Notes: generated by a model from the letters alone, not told the origin. Shown: positions 23,503 to 33,617, numbered from the stretch's first letter. The stretch is DNA of 54,657 nt from a virus (IMGVR_UViG_3300032087_003663:1-54657), one strand, 5' to 3'. Numbers and translations: made by a program.

Positions 23503-24938
23503 TATCGGATCATTGACTCCGTACCGGGCTGGTGGTTTAGCGCAATTCTCATGGTGTGCTTCTTGCCTACTTGACGTTGAGCAATGGAAAACTCGTACTC
23601 AACGCCTCCGATCTGTCCGATACCACCAAGCTGATGGAATTTGTCGGTAGTTATTGTTTGGGCTGGCTCAGGAGGGTTGTACTTCCGAATAAGTGCCTGA
23701 CATACTTGCTTAAACAGGCTCTCCCAGTCTCCAAGGGGAGGATTGAAAATGTCTGGCTCGTTTGAGCTTATGGGTACAACCCAATCAACAAACACTTTTA
23801 ACTCAGTTGTCTTTGTCGGGTCGATCATGACCGGAACATGATCGCGGTAAAAACCGTTCGCTCCATCCTTCTTGTAGTATCCAGTCAGAACTGTTGCAGT
23901 TGTTGATATTGTTCCATTTGACTGCGCCGACAAGACCGGATGATCTGTGACAAAAACTTGTCCACCATTAGTCGCTTCAATGATCCCTGTAATTGACCCA
24001 GCCTTTGAGACTATTGATTGATGAACAGGAAATGGCTCCCAGTCATCTCGTATAACTCTTCCCTGTTCATACTGCGGTCGCTCAGGATCATTCAGGATCG
24101 ACTTGGGGCGGTGCTTAATATACAAGCGGTCGCTCGATTCAGAGGGCTTCCAGAGGCGATAGTCATGCTGGTAATGGTCTGAATCAGATTCGTCATGCAC
24201 TAGGCTCAGTGTCGTGTCTGCTGGCAAGGCAGTGGCTTCACCAGTTGAGCTATCAATGTAAACAGCGGTGCAGTCCACTCTCTCCTCATACACAGCAGGA
24301 GCAGTCATGAACCGCACGTTCTTTAGGTTGTTGCTCGGTGCAGGCTTGTATTTCTTTACAGGGAAGTCGGGGAGGCTTCCAGAGCCTGCTAATGACATGA
24401 CATACTCACCAGTCTCCGGGGCGTAAACAAGTCTGCACCCAGTGTTATTTAGCAAGTCTTGCATCGCCTCAGCGCAAGTTTGTTCTGCCCACCTTGCTGG
24501 AGGCTTAAAGCTTGGGACGCTGCTATCAACGACAATGGATATTCGATTGTCACAGGCGTCAAGGATTTGAGTGACAAGCTGGCTGATGCTTTGCTGAGTC
24601 CCTGACTTTATTCTTCCAAACGCATCTCGATCATTCCAGTTTTGGTCAAGCTTGTGTTCTTCAAGAATCCAGCGAGAGTCTTCTAGCACTACATGCAAAC
24701 AGTCGTATCGAGACTTGATCGCTTTGACCACACGCATGTTGTTCCACGTTGCAAACCAACCGTCTGTCTCTGCAACAAGCGTTGTGACTCTTGGTCTAGC
24801 TGGACCTACACTTCCGAGATTACCGGGGTTTCCTACGGTGCAGTCAATTACACACCTTCCGGGCTTCGCCTGCGAACCCTGAACAAAGTGCATCTTAAAG
24901 ACATCAGGAAAGTCCCTGAGTTCAACATTGACTGTCAT
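23502..24938 (-). CDS. putative baseplate hub / Tal-like protein
   Basis: 478 aa; LEDSRWIL...P..RW...TCAEAMQDLL...GCRLVY pattern resembles hub N-terminal domains; synteny after the Dit-like gene. Confidence 0.5.
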   Translation of the reverse strand: MTVNVELRDFPDVFKMHFVQGSQAKPGRCVIDCTVGNPGNLGSVGPARPRVTTLVAETDGWFATWNNMRVVKAIKSRYDCLHVVLEDSRWILEEHKLDQNWNDRDAFGRIKSGTQQSISQLVTQILDACDNRISIVVDSSVPSFKPPARWAEQTCAEAMQDLLNNTGCRLVYAPETGEYVMSLAGSGSLPDFPVKKYKPAPSNNLKNVRFMTAPAVYEERVDCTAVYIDSSTGEATALPADTTLSLVHDESDSDHYQHDYRLWKPSESSDRLYIKHRPKSILNDPERPQYEQGRVIRDDWEPFPVHQSIVSKAGSITGIIEATNGGQVFVTDHPVLSAQSNGTISTTATVLTGYYKKDGANGFYRDHVPVMIDPTKTTELKVFVDWVVPISSNEPDIFNPPLGDWESLFKQVCQALIRKYNPPEPAQTITTDKFHQLGGIGQIGGVEYEFSIAQRQVGKKHTMRIALNHQPGTESMIR

Positions 24939-25708
24939 GGAATGTTGTACCCGCTGTTGGGTCGGAAGTTTGGTTGGTCGCCAAGCCGCTCAAAGACATA
25001 CTTGTAGGTCATTCGGAAGTGAGTTGGCTTGCCGTTGCCGTGATACTTTGGGGTGTGCATCGTAATGACCCGATGCTCCTGCATTTCTTCTTGGGGCCAG
25101 TACGGACTTGGCGGGCTAAACCAGCTACCCAGCGAAACGATCTCGCCTTGCTGGACATGAACCACCTTGGACTTTGCGGTAAGAAAGTGTTTGTATGGCT
25201 CGCCTCGCCAATTTGATCGCACCTTCCACGTTGGACCTCCCGTACCCGTCTTGGAAATACCCTCACTGAAGCTAATCACTTGACTGTCTGCCATCTGGTA
25301 GAGAGCTTGGATCGTCATTGAGTAAGAGCGAGTGTTTGCATACTCACCTTCTGTCAGATTGTCCCAGCTTCGTCGTGTCACCCTGTTCCCAGACAGGTTG
25401 TATGTATCATTGCTGTTTAATACATGGGCTGAGGGACTGCCATTGTCGAGGAGAAATCCGCAGTTCTGGTAGTTCTGGTTGTACGCTGCTCTGAGTTGCC
25501 CAATCTTCGTTCCTACTTGAGCAGCATTGAGTTCAGCAGACTGGTTCGGGTCTTGAAAAAAGTTTCCTCTGAGTCGCCATACATAGTCGGCCCCCCAACG
25601 CATTCCCTCTGGACCGAATCGCGGAATGATCTCGATGGCTTCTGGATACACCTCCCCTTTTTCATGGAGGTAATTTCCGTAGTAAAACTGCATTCCTTTA
25701 GCTGACAT
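24935..25708 (-). CDS. putative distal tail (Dit-like) protein
   Basis: 257 aa, beta-rich; position downstream of the tail tube gene. Confidence 0.45.
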   Translation of the reverse strand: MSAKGMQFYYGNYLHEKGEVYPEAIEIIPRFGPEGMRWGADYVWRLRGNFFQDPNQSAELNAAQVGTKIGQLRAAYNQNYQNCGFLLDNGSPSAHVLNSNDTYNLSGNRVTRRSWDNLTEGEYANTRSYSMTIQALYQMADSQVISFSEGISKTGTGGPTWKVRSNWRGEPYKHFLTAKSKVVHVQQGEIVSLGSWFSPPSPYWPQEEMQEHRVITMHTPKYHGNGKPTHFRMTYKYVFERLGDQPNFRPNSGYNIP

Positions 25709-26690
25709 CTCGCTCGCTCTCCATGTCTAGTTGGTCTTCTATCTGAGCGATCCTGTGAGAATGATTGTTCATTACTTGCGCAAGAGCAGAAAGCGTGTCT
25801 ACGATCCTTCCAGTTGCTGTGTTAATAGCATCCGTTGCTCGCTCTACAGCATCCTCTTTGGCGGTTCGGTTTTGCCCCGGCTGACTAAAGCTCGATGGTC
25901 CCTGCGAGCCAGAATCTGATAGATCAACCTCTCTCTGTTTTCGCAAATGCTCTGGCGTTGCAGGCGGTCCAACTGGAACGATGGATTCCTGAGAAGGTGG
26001 GCTGTAGTACGAGTTGCTCTCAACCTCGCCCATGTCACCAGAAACTGTGCTAGGCTTTTCCCCTTTGTCTTCATCTGGTGGAGGCTCTAGTGGAGTCTCT
26101 GGTGGAGGCTCTGGTGGAGGTTCTGGTTCTTGGCGAAAGATACCAAAAGTCGTTTCTGAATCTGGCTTTGGTTCAGGTTCAGTTTCAGGCGGTGGCTCAG
26201 GCTCTGGATCGCTCTTGTCTTCAGGATAGTTTTCTTCGGCCTGCTTCCTCGCCTGGCTGTCTATCTCAGTCCAGTCAACATCTTCGAGGTAGTCTCCAAT
26301 AGAATCGACCTCAAGCGGACCCTTGGCTCCGGGAAGCCTTGGCTTCTTGCGAACCACTCGCTTCTGAATTGGAGGCTTCTTTTCTTCTGGATCATCCTCC
26401 GGTGGATCTTCCTCCGGTGGATCTTCCTCCGGTGGCTCGTCCTCAAGCCCATCCTCCATTGGCTCAGAGCTTGCTGGAGCAGGAGGCGTACTAATCGGTA
26501 AGCCATCAGCATCGACCGGCTGCTGTGGCCCAATAAGTGCTGCGTCATAAGGATTGAGTGGAATGTCTTCGTCCGGTGCATTCGGGTCACGCGAAACCGC
26601 ATTTCCGTCTGCATCCACACCGCTGTCAGGCGGAACAGTCCAGTCGTCTTCATTAGGATCGTAGCTGCTAGGATCGTTTGGGTCTGGCAT
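25698..26690 (-). CDS. Pro/Glu-rich disordered protein with C-terminal coiled coil (in the tape-measure position)
   Basis: 330 aa; EEDPP and PEPE repeats; C-terminal heptads; AGGAG upstream. Confidence 0.7.
   Translation of the reverse strand: MPDPNDPSSYDPNEDDWTVPPDSGVDADGNAVSRDPNAPDEDIPLNPYDAALIGPQQPVDADGLPISTPPAPASSEPMEDGLEDEPPEEDPPEEDPPEDDPEEKKPPIQKRVVRKKPRLPGAKGPLEVDSIGDYLEDVDWTEIDSQARKQAEENYPEDKSDPEPEPPPETEPEPKPDSETTFGIFRQEPEPPPEPPPETPLEPPPDEDKGEKPSTVSGDMGEVESNSYYSPPSQESIVPVGPPATPEHLRKQREVDLSDSGSQGPSSFSQPGQNRTAKEDAVERATDAINTATGRIVDTLSALAQVMNNHSHRIAQIEDQLDMESERDVS
26388..26435. repeat. 15-bp tandem repeat (about 3 copies) encoding EEDPP
   Basis: GGATC(A/T)TCCTCCGGT units. Confidence 0.75.
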
Positions 26691-26698
26691 AACGACTC

Positions 26699-27673
26699 CT
26701 ATGGATGAGCATTGGTGATCGTGATCGGCTCATCCGATGCGGATCGGTACGCTTCAAGGTCCAAAGACAGCGGAATCTCACCTCTGCCTGCCGTGTTTGG
26801 CGTGATTCTTGTTTGGCGCAACTCAGGCAAGGTAATCACCGTGCTGTAGGCAGACGGCACTTCAGGGTTCTTGGAACCCAAGAATGAAAGAATACCCTCA
26901 CCCTTGAAGTCGTTGATGTAAAGGTTGGTGTGCGAACTCGAAGTGTAAGGAGTTCTGACCCTCATCCTGATCGTTCTTCCATTTGTCTGGACGCATGTTA
27001 CGCTCAAGAAGTTTCGCGTCTTGGGAGTCAAGTTGTTGTCAATGCGCAAGCTGAAAGCGTCAAAGTAATACTCAGTCGAGCTTCCGCCATCGGGAGTCAT
27101 CTCAAGCTTTCCATCGCCAAGAAGCCAGTACAATCGTTCTTCTGAAGGCAGGGATGGTGCGGTAGCTGGGTAGGTTGCGTCATGTTCCTCGTAACCCATC
27201 ACCTGTAACGTCAGTCTCATCACCTGCTCCTGCCCACCGATGCTCGCGGTCGATGTCATGGTTGCTGAGTTGACACTACACCTTCGATAGATAACCGTGC
27301 CTTGGTCGCGCTTGAGCATGATGTCAAAAGGCTTGAGATCAAAAACTTCGTCGGTTGTGAATGTGGTTCCACTAGCATCGTTTCCAAGTATTCTCGGAAG
27401 CCAGTTGTCTAGCTCGTAAGGACCAACTTCAAGCGTGAACTGACCAACAACAATTCTCGCGCCGTGACGAGTATGGTTCCCGATTTTGTCAATAGTTCCA
27501 GTCAGGCCATTGCCTCCGAGGAGCGTATCCGTGAAGCGGATACCTTCGCTCAGGATTTCATACCGCTCTGAATTGGCATCAAAGGTTGCCGGGTTGCAAT
27601 CCACAATGTCGCTGTCCTCGACCAACATCGAGGTGTAAACGCCTTGGCTTCCACAAGTGTCGATACAGGTCAT
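26699..27673 (-). CDS. major tail tube protein
   Basis: 324 aa, T-rich, beta-rich; LDNWLPRILG, Y..C.V.S, FSLRIDNNL and two-domain pattern of siphovirus-type tube proteins; follows neck genes. Confidence 0.7.
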   Translation of the reverse strand: MTCIDTCGSQGVYTSMLVEDSDIVDCNPATFDANSERYEILSEGIRFTDTLLGGNGLTGTIDKIGNHTRHGARIVVGQFTLEVGPYELDNWLPRILGNDASGTTFTTDEVFDLKPFDIMLKRDQGTVIYRRCSVNSATMTSTASIGGQEQVMRLTLQVMGYEEHDATYPATAPSLPSEERLYWLLGDGKLEMTPDGGSSTEYYFDAFSLRIDNNLTPKTRNFLSVTCVQTNGRTIRMRVRTPYTSSSHTNLYINDFKGEGILSFLGSKNPEVPSAYSTVITLPELRQTRITPNTAGRGEIPLSLDLEAYRSASDEPITITNAHP

Positions 27674-28134
27674 GCCCGATCCTCCCTGAATACGGTGCTA
27701 ATTTCAATCGTGTCGATGTCGTACTTGCGACTAACAACATCGTCCGTGTCGTAGTCGCCCATCGAAGTAAAACTGTACAGTTCGCCATTCATTCCGGTTG
27801 CCCTGCGGTCTTGGAATAAGTCTCGTATTTTGTCGCGAATTAGCTCGTAATCTGTGGCCCCAGAAGATTGCCTTGTGCTGCTGCCTGAAACAAAAACCAC
27901 CAGTGTTTTTCGAACAACATCACGCACTCCGCTAAATGTGCGACCAGGCTGACTACCAAGCGGCTTCATCCATACACCACTTTTGACTGTTTCCGTGAAT
28001 CGCTTGCCAGTGACTCCAGGTATCTTTTTCAAAAGTTCTGGCCTGCGCACACTGACACCGTCAGGCCAGTTGTCATTAACCAACTGTGCATGTGTGGTGG
28101 AAACCGACCAGTCTGTGTGCTGTATGCCTGTCAT
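27670..28134 (-). CDS. putative tail terminator / neck protein
   Basis: 154 aa immediately upstream of the tube gene, ATGA-coupled. Confidence 0.5.
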   Translation of the reverse strand: MTGIQHTDWSVSTTHAQLVNDNWPDGVSVRRPELLKKIPGVTGKRFTETVKSGVWMKPLGSQPGRTFSGVRDVVRKTLVVFVSGSSTRQSSGATDYELIRDKIRDLFQDRRATGMNGELYSFTSMGDYDTDDVVSRKYDIDTIEISTVFREDRA

Positions 28135-28139
28135 CCTTG

Positions 28140-29342
28140 TTAGCTCTCTGAAACGTAGATAGTCTTTTCGAGATGATCTACTTGAATGTTCGGATAGCTT
28201 CCTCGCTTTGTGTAAGGCGGGTCTTGCTCCATCGCATACCTAAGCTGCTCGTCAGCCTCGACCATCAGCGTTCGATACTCGCGTATATCGCCCCGGCCAA
28301 TCCTTGACATTTGCGCCTCTGCGTAACTCTTGACTGCAAGCAAAAGCCTTGGGGAAATGTCTAGTGTATCGGTGATAACCAGTTTTCCGTCACTCATGCT
28401 TGGAATGCCAGCAACCATGAATGAAGTCGTGCTAGACTGCTCTGTGATAAATCCCTCAAATGCGACAGGAACTTCGCTTGAGATACCAAACCCTAATTCC
28501 GCCTCTGGCGACGATGAAGTCGTGGCGGCAACTCTTACAAGCGACCCCACAAGACTGATGCCAACCGGAACTGGGGTTGATAAGGTCACCACCGATCCTG
28601 ATGTGCTGACACCAGAGCAAAACTCCAAGACCTTGGGGATGCGAGCAGTCCGCATGTAAGCAATATCGACTTCCACTGCGCTGGTAGCAGCAGGGCTGAC
28701 TCGCATCTCAGTACGCTGCTTTCCATCAAGCATGGCCGAACGAAAGCAAACCATCCTTGGATCACTTCCCCTGTAAATGCGAGGCCTGTCGTATTCGCGA
28801 AATGTCTTAACATCCACTGGATGCAAACATCTGTCCTCGCCGTTGTACCAAACGTCATACACCTCTCTTACGTCACCTGGAATTAAAACCCTGTCTTGAC
28901 GCAGTGAAAATGCTGCGGGATTTTCAACTTGCCCGTTCCAGTCTTCAAGCGTTATCTGCGTATCACTTTCTCTACTTTTAACACGATAGGCTCGATCATC
29001 GCCTATGTAAAAACTGCACTTATCTGCATACGCAGGCCAAGCAGGCGAAGTCCTGGTAACCACCCCAGAGGAACTTATAGAAACACTGCCTTCCTTGTCT
29101 TCTGGATTCAAATAGACTGTGGTTTCGTCGTCGTAAAGATTCCATTGGTGGCGAGTGAGAGCCTGCTCGTAACCCCACATTGCTGATCGCTTTGCCCTGC
29201 GAACATCCATCTCGTTGTCGCTGAGATCGAACACATCCATCACATGAGACACCAATCCTTGTAGAGTCAGGACTCTGCTTGTGTCTTGGGATATTGTGGG
29301 CGAACTTGCGCCGCTTGCTGTAGTTCCATTTACAGTAGTCAT
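28140..29342 (-). CDS. putative head-tail adaptor protein
   Basis: 400 aa; helical N-terminus with W (RHQWNLY), beta insertions, helical C-terminus, as in adaptor proteins; synteny. Confidence 0.55.
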   Translation of the reverse strand: MTTVNGTTASGASSPTISQDTSRVLTLQGLVSHVMDVFDLSDNEMDVRRAKRSAMWGYEQALTRHQWNLYDDETTVYLNPEDKEGSVSISSSGVVTRTSPAWPAYADKCSFYIGDDRAYRVKSRESDTQITLEDWNGQVENPAAFSLRQDRVLIPGDVREVYDVWYNGEDRCLHPVDVKTFREYDRPRIYRGSDPRMVCFRSAMLDGKQRTEMRVSPAATSAVEVDIAYMRTARIPKVLEFCSGVSTSGSVVTLSTPVPVGISLVGSLVRVAATTSSSPEAELGFGISSEVPVAFEGFITEQSSTTSFMVAGIPSMSDGKLVITDTLDISPRLLLAVKSYAEAQMSRIGRGDIREYRTLMVEADEQLRYAMEQDPPYTKRGSYPNIQVDHLEKTIYVSES

Positions 29343-29345
29343 TCG

Positions 29346-31838
29346 TTAGCTCACAGTGAATGCGGTTGGATTTGTAAAGTTGACGCCACTGCGTTGACAC
29401 CACAGGTAGTAGCTTCCGGCATCAAGCTGGAAAGTAGCCTGTCCCGCCTGATTAGTTACCAGCGTCCCAGCCACTACGTTTGCTCCTAATTCATCTGTTG
29501 TTACCCAAACATCAACAGCGTTGGCTGGCACATTGTCTATGTTGACCGTAACTGTGTGAGAGATCGCACCCGACCCAATGGGCTGACCGCCACCCGTGAC
29601 TGCGTTAGCGTCAACTTGATTGGCGATTGTAAAAGTCAAGCTGTCAGTCTTGCTTTTGATTGCTGCGATAGATGCGTTGTCTGGATTGACTGTCGCAAAG
29701 CCAGATGCCTTGAAAACGTCTTCGTTTGTGCCACTGGTAAACTCTTGGTATATCTCGGATGCCGTGGGAGGTGCTGTGGAAAGAGAGTAACCAGACTTGT
29801 CATTGTTTGTGCTAACAATAACCATGTCCGTAGAGGCGTCAAAATCGTTCAGAGCAGTTATGCTTGCTGCCGTTGCTAACAGTGACACATCAGCTTGGCT
29901 TGCTGTCCTACTGGCAGCGTCTGTGGTTACTGTCTGTGTCGCTGGATCAAAGTCATTTAGTGCGGAAATGGAAGCAGGGATGTCAGTTCCAGTGTCAACA
30001 AGGACGGCATCCACAACCGCATCAATAGTCGAAAGCTGTGTATCGAGGTTCGCTGAAGCAAGTCCAACAGCAGCTCTTACATCGGCTTGCGTTAAACCAC
30101 CACCGCCACCACTCGGAGCGTTCTCCAATGCGTTAGTTGTGTACTGATATACTGACCCATCTTGAACTAGCGCAGTGTCTATCTTGTCCGTGACAGATTT
30201 TATCGCTGTGACATCTGCTGCGTTGGATGTTGTCACTGCATTTGTGACCGAACCAACAGTCGTCACATTTGCGACTGCATCTGAAGCGGGGTCGAAGTCA
30301 TTAAGCGAAGAAATGCTTGCTGCTGTGGCTAACGATGAAACATCTGCCTGACTAGCAGTCCTGCTCGCTGCATCTGTGGTTACGGTCTGCGTGGCTGGGT
30401 CGAAATCGTTGAGTGCAGACACACTTGCTGCTGTGGCTAATGAAGATACGTCTGCGCGGAAGGTGTCTTGCCTGCTGGATGCGGTGAAGTAATTGTAGAT
30501 CGTTGCCGCATCATCTCCCCCGCCGCCCGTGACCGCATTGCAGTCAAGCTCATTGGCGTTACTGAACACCATTTGATCTGTCTTAACTTTGATTGCATCC
30601 ACATTTGAATCAACAACCGCAAGGTCCGATGTCGTTGCCAGCGAGGATACATCGGCTTGGCTCGCCGTCCTGCTTGCTGCGTCTGTGGTTACGGTATCAG
30701 TAGCGGGGTCGAAGTCGTTTAACGCAGAGATACTTGCTGCCGTTGCTAATGATGAAACATCGGCTTGACTCGCTGTTCTGCTTGCTGCGTCAGTTGTCAC
30801 TGTCTGCGTGGCTGGATCAAAGTCATTCAAGCCAGAAATGCTTGCTGCTGTTGCCAAGGAAGTAAGCGCACCACTGTCTGGAAGATTGTCAGTGACTGAT
30901 TTGATCCCGTCTACAACTGTATCTACTGTACTGAGCGCGGAGGCCGTTGCGATGGAGGTCAATGCTCCGCTATCAGGAAGGTTGTCTGTCACCGCTTTGA
31001 TTGCTGTGACATCCGATGCGTTGGATGTGGTAACTGCGCTTGTAACGCTTCCGACTGTCGTGACGCTTGCCACTGCATCTGTGGAAGGATCAAAATCATT
31101 TAGCGAAGAAATTGCGCTTGATATTGATGTTTGGTTTGCTGCTGTGGCGTCACCGATTGATGCCGGTACGTCAGAAAACTCAATTTCGGCATCGTTGATC
31201 GAAAGTACGTTTCCAGCCGCATTGAAGTCTTCAAGAACAATCGACCAGCTTCCGTCAACAACGTCAGCATCAGTCAGGTCAACTTCAGTCTGTATGATCT
31301 TGTTTGACAGACTTGTAGAAAGCGTCACTCCTGAAATCAGATCAAAACCTCCAGATGGCCCACCTGATGGTGGATGGAGTGTCAATCGCCAGTCTGATGC
31401 CGAAGCAACACTCCCGCTTATCTTGAGCCGAACAATTGCTTTTTGCACCTTCGGGAAATTTGTTGCCGCATCATTGTTCAGATACACATCAACGTAATCG
31501 GTTCCGCTGGAGTTGTTGAATGTGTAATGCCTAGACAAAGCCAAGGCCGAAACATCTGCCTTGAAGTCAGCCTGAACAACTGGGAATGCTTGAGCGAAGC
31601 TGTTGACCGCATTTGTTAGCACCATCACCGCAGACAAGTGATCTGCATTTGTTTCAGCTTGCGTGAGATCAAGAACCCAGACTCCGTTGCCCAAGTGCGA
31701 TGCAGTGTTGCTGCTCGTAGCCTGCGCTGCTCCATCCTTGGAAAGATAGACAGTCGGTGTTCCGGTCGTCACCGCTGCTCCGTCCGCAGTTGCTATAGCG
31801 ATGAAGCTAATGTGTTGTCCTGTGGTATTCTTAATCAT
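29346..31838 (-). CDS. repeat-rich fibre-like structural protein
   Basis: 830 aa, A/T/S/D-rich; seven LNDFD(P/A) repeats, GGG linkers, P-domain-like insert. Confidence 0.75.
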   Translation of the reverse strand: MIKNTTGQHISFIAIATADGAAVTTGTPTVYLSKDGAAQATSSNTASHLGNGVWVLDLTQAETNADHLSAVMVLTNAVNSFAQAFPVVQADFKADVSALALSRHYTFNNSSGTDYVDVYLNNDAATNFPKVQKAIVRLKISGSVASASDWRLTLHPPSGGPSGGFDLISGVTLSTSLSNKIIQTEVDLTDADVVDGSWSIVLEDFNAAGNVLSINDAEIEFSDVPASIGDATAANQTSISSAISSLNDFDPSTDAVASVTTVGSVTSAVTTSNASDVTAIKAVTDNLPDSGALTSIATASALSTVDTVVDGIKSVTDNLPDSGALTSLATAASISGLNDFDPATQTVTTDAASRTASQADVSSLATAASISALNDFDPATDTVTTDAASRTASQADVSSLATTSDLAVVDSNVDAIKVKTDQMVFSNANELDCNAVTGGGGDDAATIYNYFTASSRQDTFRADVSSLATAASVSALNDFDPATQTVTTDAASRTASQADVSSLATAASISSLNDFDPASDAVANVTTVGSVTNAVTTSNAADVTAIKSVTDKIDTALVQDGSVYQYTTNALENAPSGGGGGLTQADVRAAVGLASANLDTQLSTIDAVVDAVLVDTGTDIPASISALNDFDPATQTVTTDAASRTASQADVSLLATAASITALNDFDASTDMVIVSTNNDKSGYSLSTAPPTASEIYQEFTSGTNEDVFKASGFATVNPDNASIAAIKSKTDSLTFTIANQVDANAVTGGGQPIGSGAISHTVTVNIDNVPANAVDVWVTTDELGANVVAGTLVTNQAGQATFQLDAGSYYLWCQRSGVNFTNPTAFTVS
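29835..31105 (-). repeat. dispersed coding repeats, unit about 35 aa (LNDFDPATQTVTTDAASRTASQADVSSLATAASIS)
   Basis: Seven LNDFD cores, four TTDAASRTASQADVS copies and two TDNLPDSGALTS copies; synonymous differences between copies. Confidence 0.85.
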
Positions 31839-32260
31839 TGATTAAATCCTGTGACGTTATTGATGTTGTTGACATAATACGCCTTGAAAGATGCTCCACC
31901 AGATACTTCCGCTATCAGCGAGGCAGATGAAACTGAGATTGAGTTCATCATCATGTCTGATAAATGAAACTCCCAAGTCCCATCAAAGCTTGAAGGGTAG
32001 TTGCTGCTTGATACCACCAGTGTCTCTGTTCTTGATCCGCTGCCAAACGGCAGGCCACCGCTAAAAAATATGTAGTGAGTGCCATAGTCTGGGTCGTTTA
32101 CATAGCACTCAACACCTTGCCAACTGCTACTTGAAAACGTAACACTCAACGTGATCTTTGTAATGTTTGAAGAAACAGCATCGAGGTTGGAAACTGAAAC
32201 ATCTTGCTGAACCGAGTAACCGGATTGCGATGTGCTGTTCGTGTAAGTATAGGTTGGCAT
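31835..32260 (-). CDS. Ser-rich beta-sandwich protein, proprotein-convertase P-domain-like
   Basis: 141 aa; ITLSVTF...DP..G...DGTWEFHLSD pattern. Confidence 0.55.
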   Translation of the reverse strand: MPTYTYTNSTSQSGYSVQQDVSVSNLDAVSSNITKITLSVTFSSSSWQGVECYVNDPDYGTHYIFFSGGLPFGSGSRTETLVVSSSNYPSSFDGTWEFHLSDMMMNSISVSSASLIAEVSGGASFKAYYVNNINNVTGFNQ

Positions 32261-32266
32261 GGATTA

Positions 32267-32494
32267 TCAGCCGCTCCCTAGTTCCTTCTTGAACTCATCG
32301 AGCTTGCGACCAGCTTGCTTTGCAAGTTCCGCCCACAGCGCAACTCGATCCGACTCGCAGTCACGCAGCTTTTCTGATGTGTCTTTGTGAAACTGCGACT
32401 GTTGCTTGTATAGAAAACCCACGGCACTTCCGAGGACTCCACAGGCGGTTAGCAGCATCCCAACTGTTGTTGGATCAACTGTTGCTAGAATCAT
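32267..32494 (-). CDS. holin-like single-TM protein with coiled coil
   Basis: ATG 32494 overlapping the upstream TGA; TM segment VGMLLTACGVLGSAVGFLY; charged tail. Confidence 0.55.
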   Translation of the reverse strand: MILATVDPTTVGMLLTACGVLGSAVGFLYKQQSQFHKDTSEKLRDCESDRVALWAELAKQAGRKLDEFKKELGSG

Positions 32495-32844
32495 CGTCGT
32501 CTCCATCGAAAAAAGATTCCTCGACGGACACGCTGACAAGATGAACGAACAGCAGTTCGCACTGGCTTGTTCTCTTGCACGTTCTTCACGACTCCGCAAA
32601 CACCGTTTACACAACTGGCAACAGCCTTCTTGACCGGCTTATTGGCTTCCTCCAAGCTTGCCTCTGCTGCCTCTGATGCGGTCAGGATGATAGGCTCGGA
32701 AACCTTCTCGTAGTGATCCTGATACTCTTCTGCTGTCGCACCCTCTGACATTTGACCGACGAACGCCGCAACGACTGCGAAGATCACTGATCCTGCCATG
32801 AAATACAGGCAAGCGTCTGCTAATTTTGCAAGTCTCATTTTCAA
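32491..32844 (-). CDS. membrane-anchored hypothetical protein
   Basis: N-terminal hydrophobic helix; CVNGVC motif; Arg-rich C-terminus. Confidence 0.65.
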   Translation of the reverse strand: MKMRLAKLADACLYFMAGSVIFAVVAAFVGQMSEGATAEEYQDHYEKVSEPIILTASEAAEASLEEANKPVKKAVASCVNGVCGVVKNVQENKPVRTAVRSSCQRVRRGIFFRWRRR

Positions 32845-33617
32845 CCTTCCTTGACCGCTTTAACGGAACGAACTGCTACTGACTCAAATGGTTTTGCTTT
32901 GGAGTTCCAGACTGTTCCGTAGCCCTTGTCACCCCACTTCTCACCCCAGCTATTAACGAAGCCAAGGCCATATTCGATGTTTCTTCCGCTGCCCCGGTAC
33001 AGTCCTTGCAGGCCAGCAACGAGGTGTCTCCACCAGCTAAATGCCAATGTGCATGGTGATGGGTCGATGGGATCAATGAGAGCAGACATCACTGCATCAA
33101 AGCTATCGCGAGGAAGCTCCTCGAAAGTCACAAGCTTGTGCTTCTTGCAGTCTGCAATCACCTTCGGGTCAGTCTCCAGTGACCTGTTGTTGCTGTACTG
33201 GGGCCATGTGTCGTAGGTAGCGATTCCCCTCTGTTGCACGAAACTGGTAGCTTCAATTCCATATCCACCTTGGTTTCTGTACCTCTTGCCCATTGCTGCT
33301 GTACTGTGCGGGTTCAAGTTAGGCACAGGATCAATGCCCTGCGCTGCGTATCGGTTGGTGATACAGCCGACAGTTCCGTACATCCAGCAATAACCGTATC
33401 GACCCTGATTTTCCACGGGAATGCTGTTTCCCTTGTGGACATCCATTGGGCTTGTGCGATTCTTTTTCTGTAGCTCGATCAGCTCCACCCAGTCTTTGCG
33501 AGGGTAGATCGCGCCGCTGTACTCTGGGTGCGAACTGAACTGTGGATGCAAGTCCCAGTCGCGAGACTCGTACCCACATACTCCATCGGTATTTGCGTCC
33601 CAGCTAATGTCGCTCAC
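32841..33617 (-). CDS. papain-like cysteine peptidase (C1 family)
   Basis: NQGRYGYCW (oxyanion Gln and catalytic Cys), WRHLV (His), NSWGEKWGDKGYG (Asn). Confidence 0.85.
   Translation of the reverse strand: MSDISWDANTDGVCGYESRDWDLHPQFSSHPEYSGAIYPRKDWVELIELQKKNRTSPMDVHKGNSIPVENQGRYGYCWMYGTVGCITNRYAAQGIDPVPNLNPHSTAAMGKRYRNQGGYGIEATSFVQQRGIATYDTWPQYSNNRSLETDPKVIADCKKHKLVTFEELPRDSFDAVMSALIDPIDPSPCTLAFSWWRHLVAGLQGLYRGSGRNIEYGLGFVNSWGEKWGDKGYGTVWNSKAKPFESVAVRSVKAVKEG

Noticed and set aside
29835-31105. Repeats considered as a CRISPR array or DGR template/variable pair
   Set aside because: They are in-frame coding repeats with synonymous variation and no unique spacers. No cas or reverse transcriptase gene is present.
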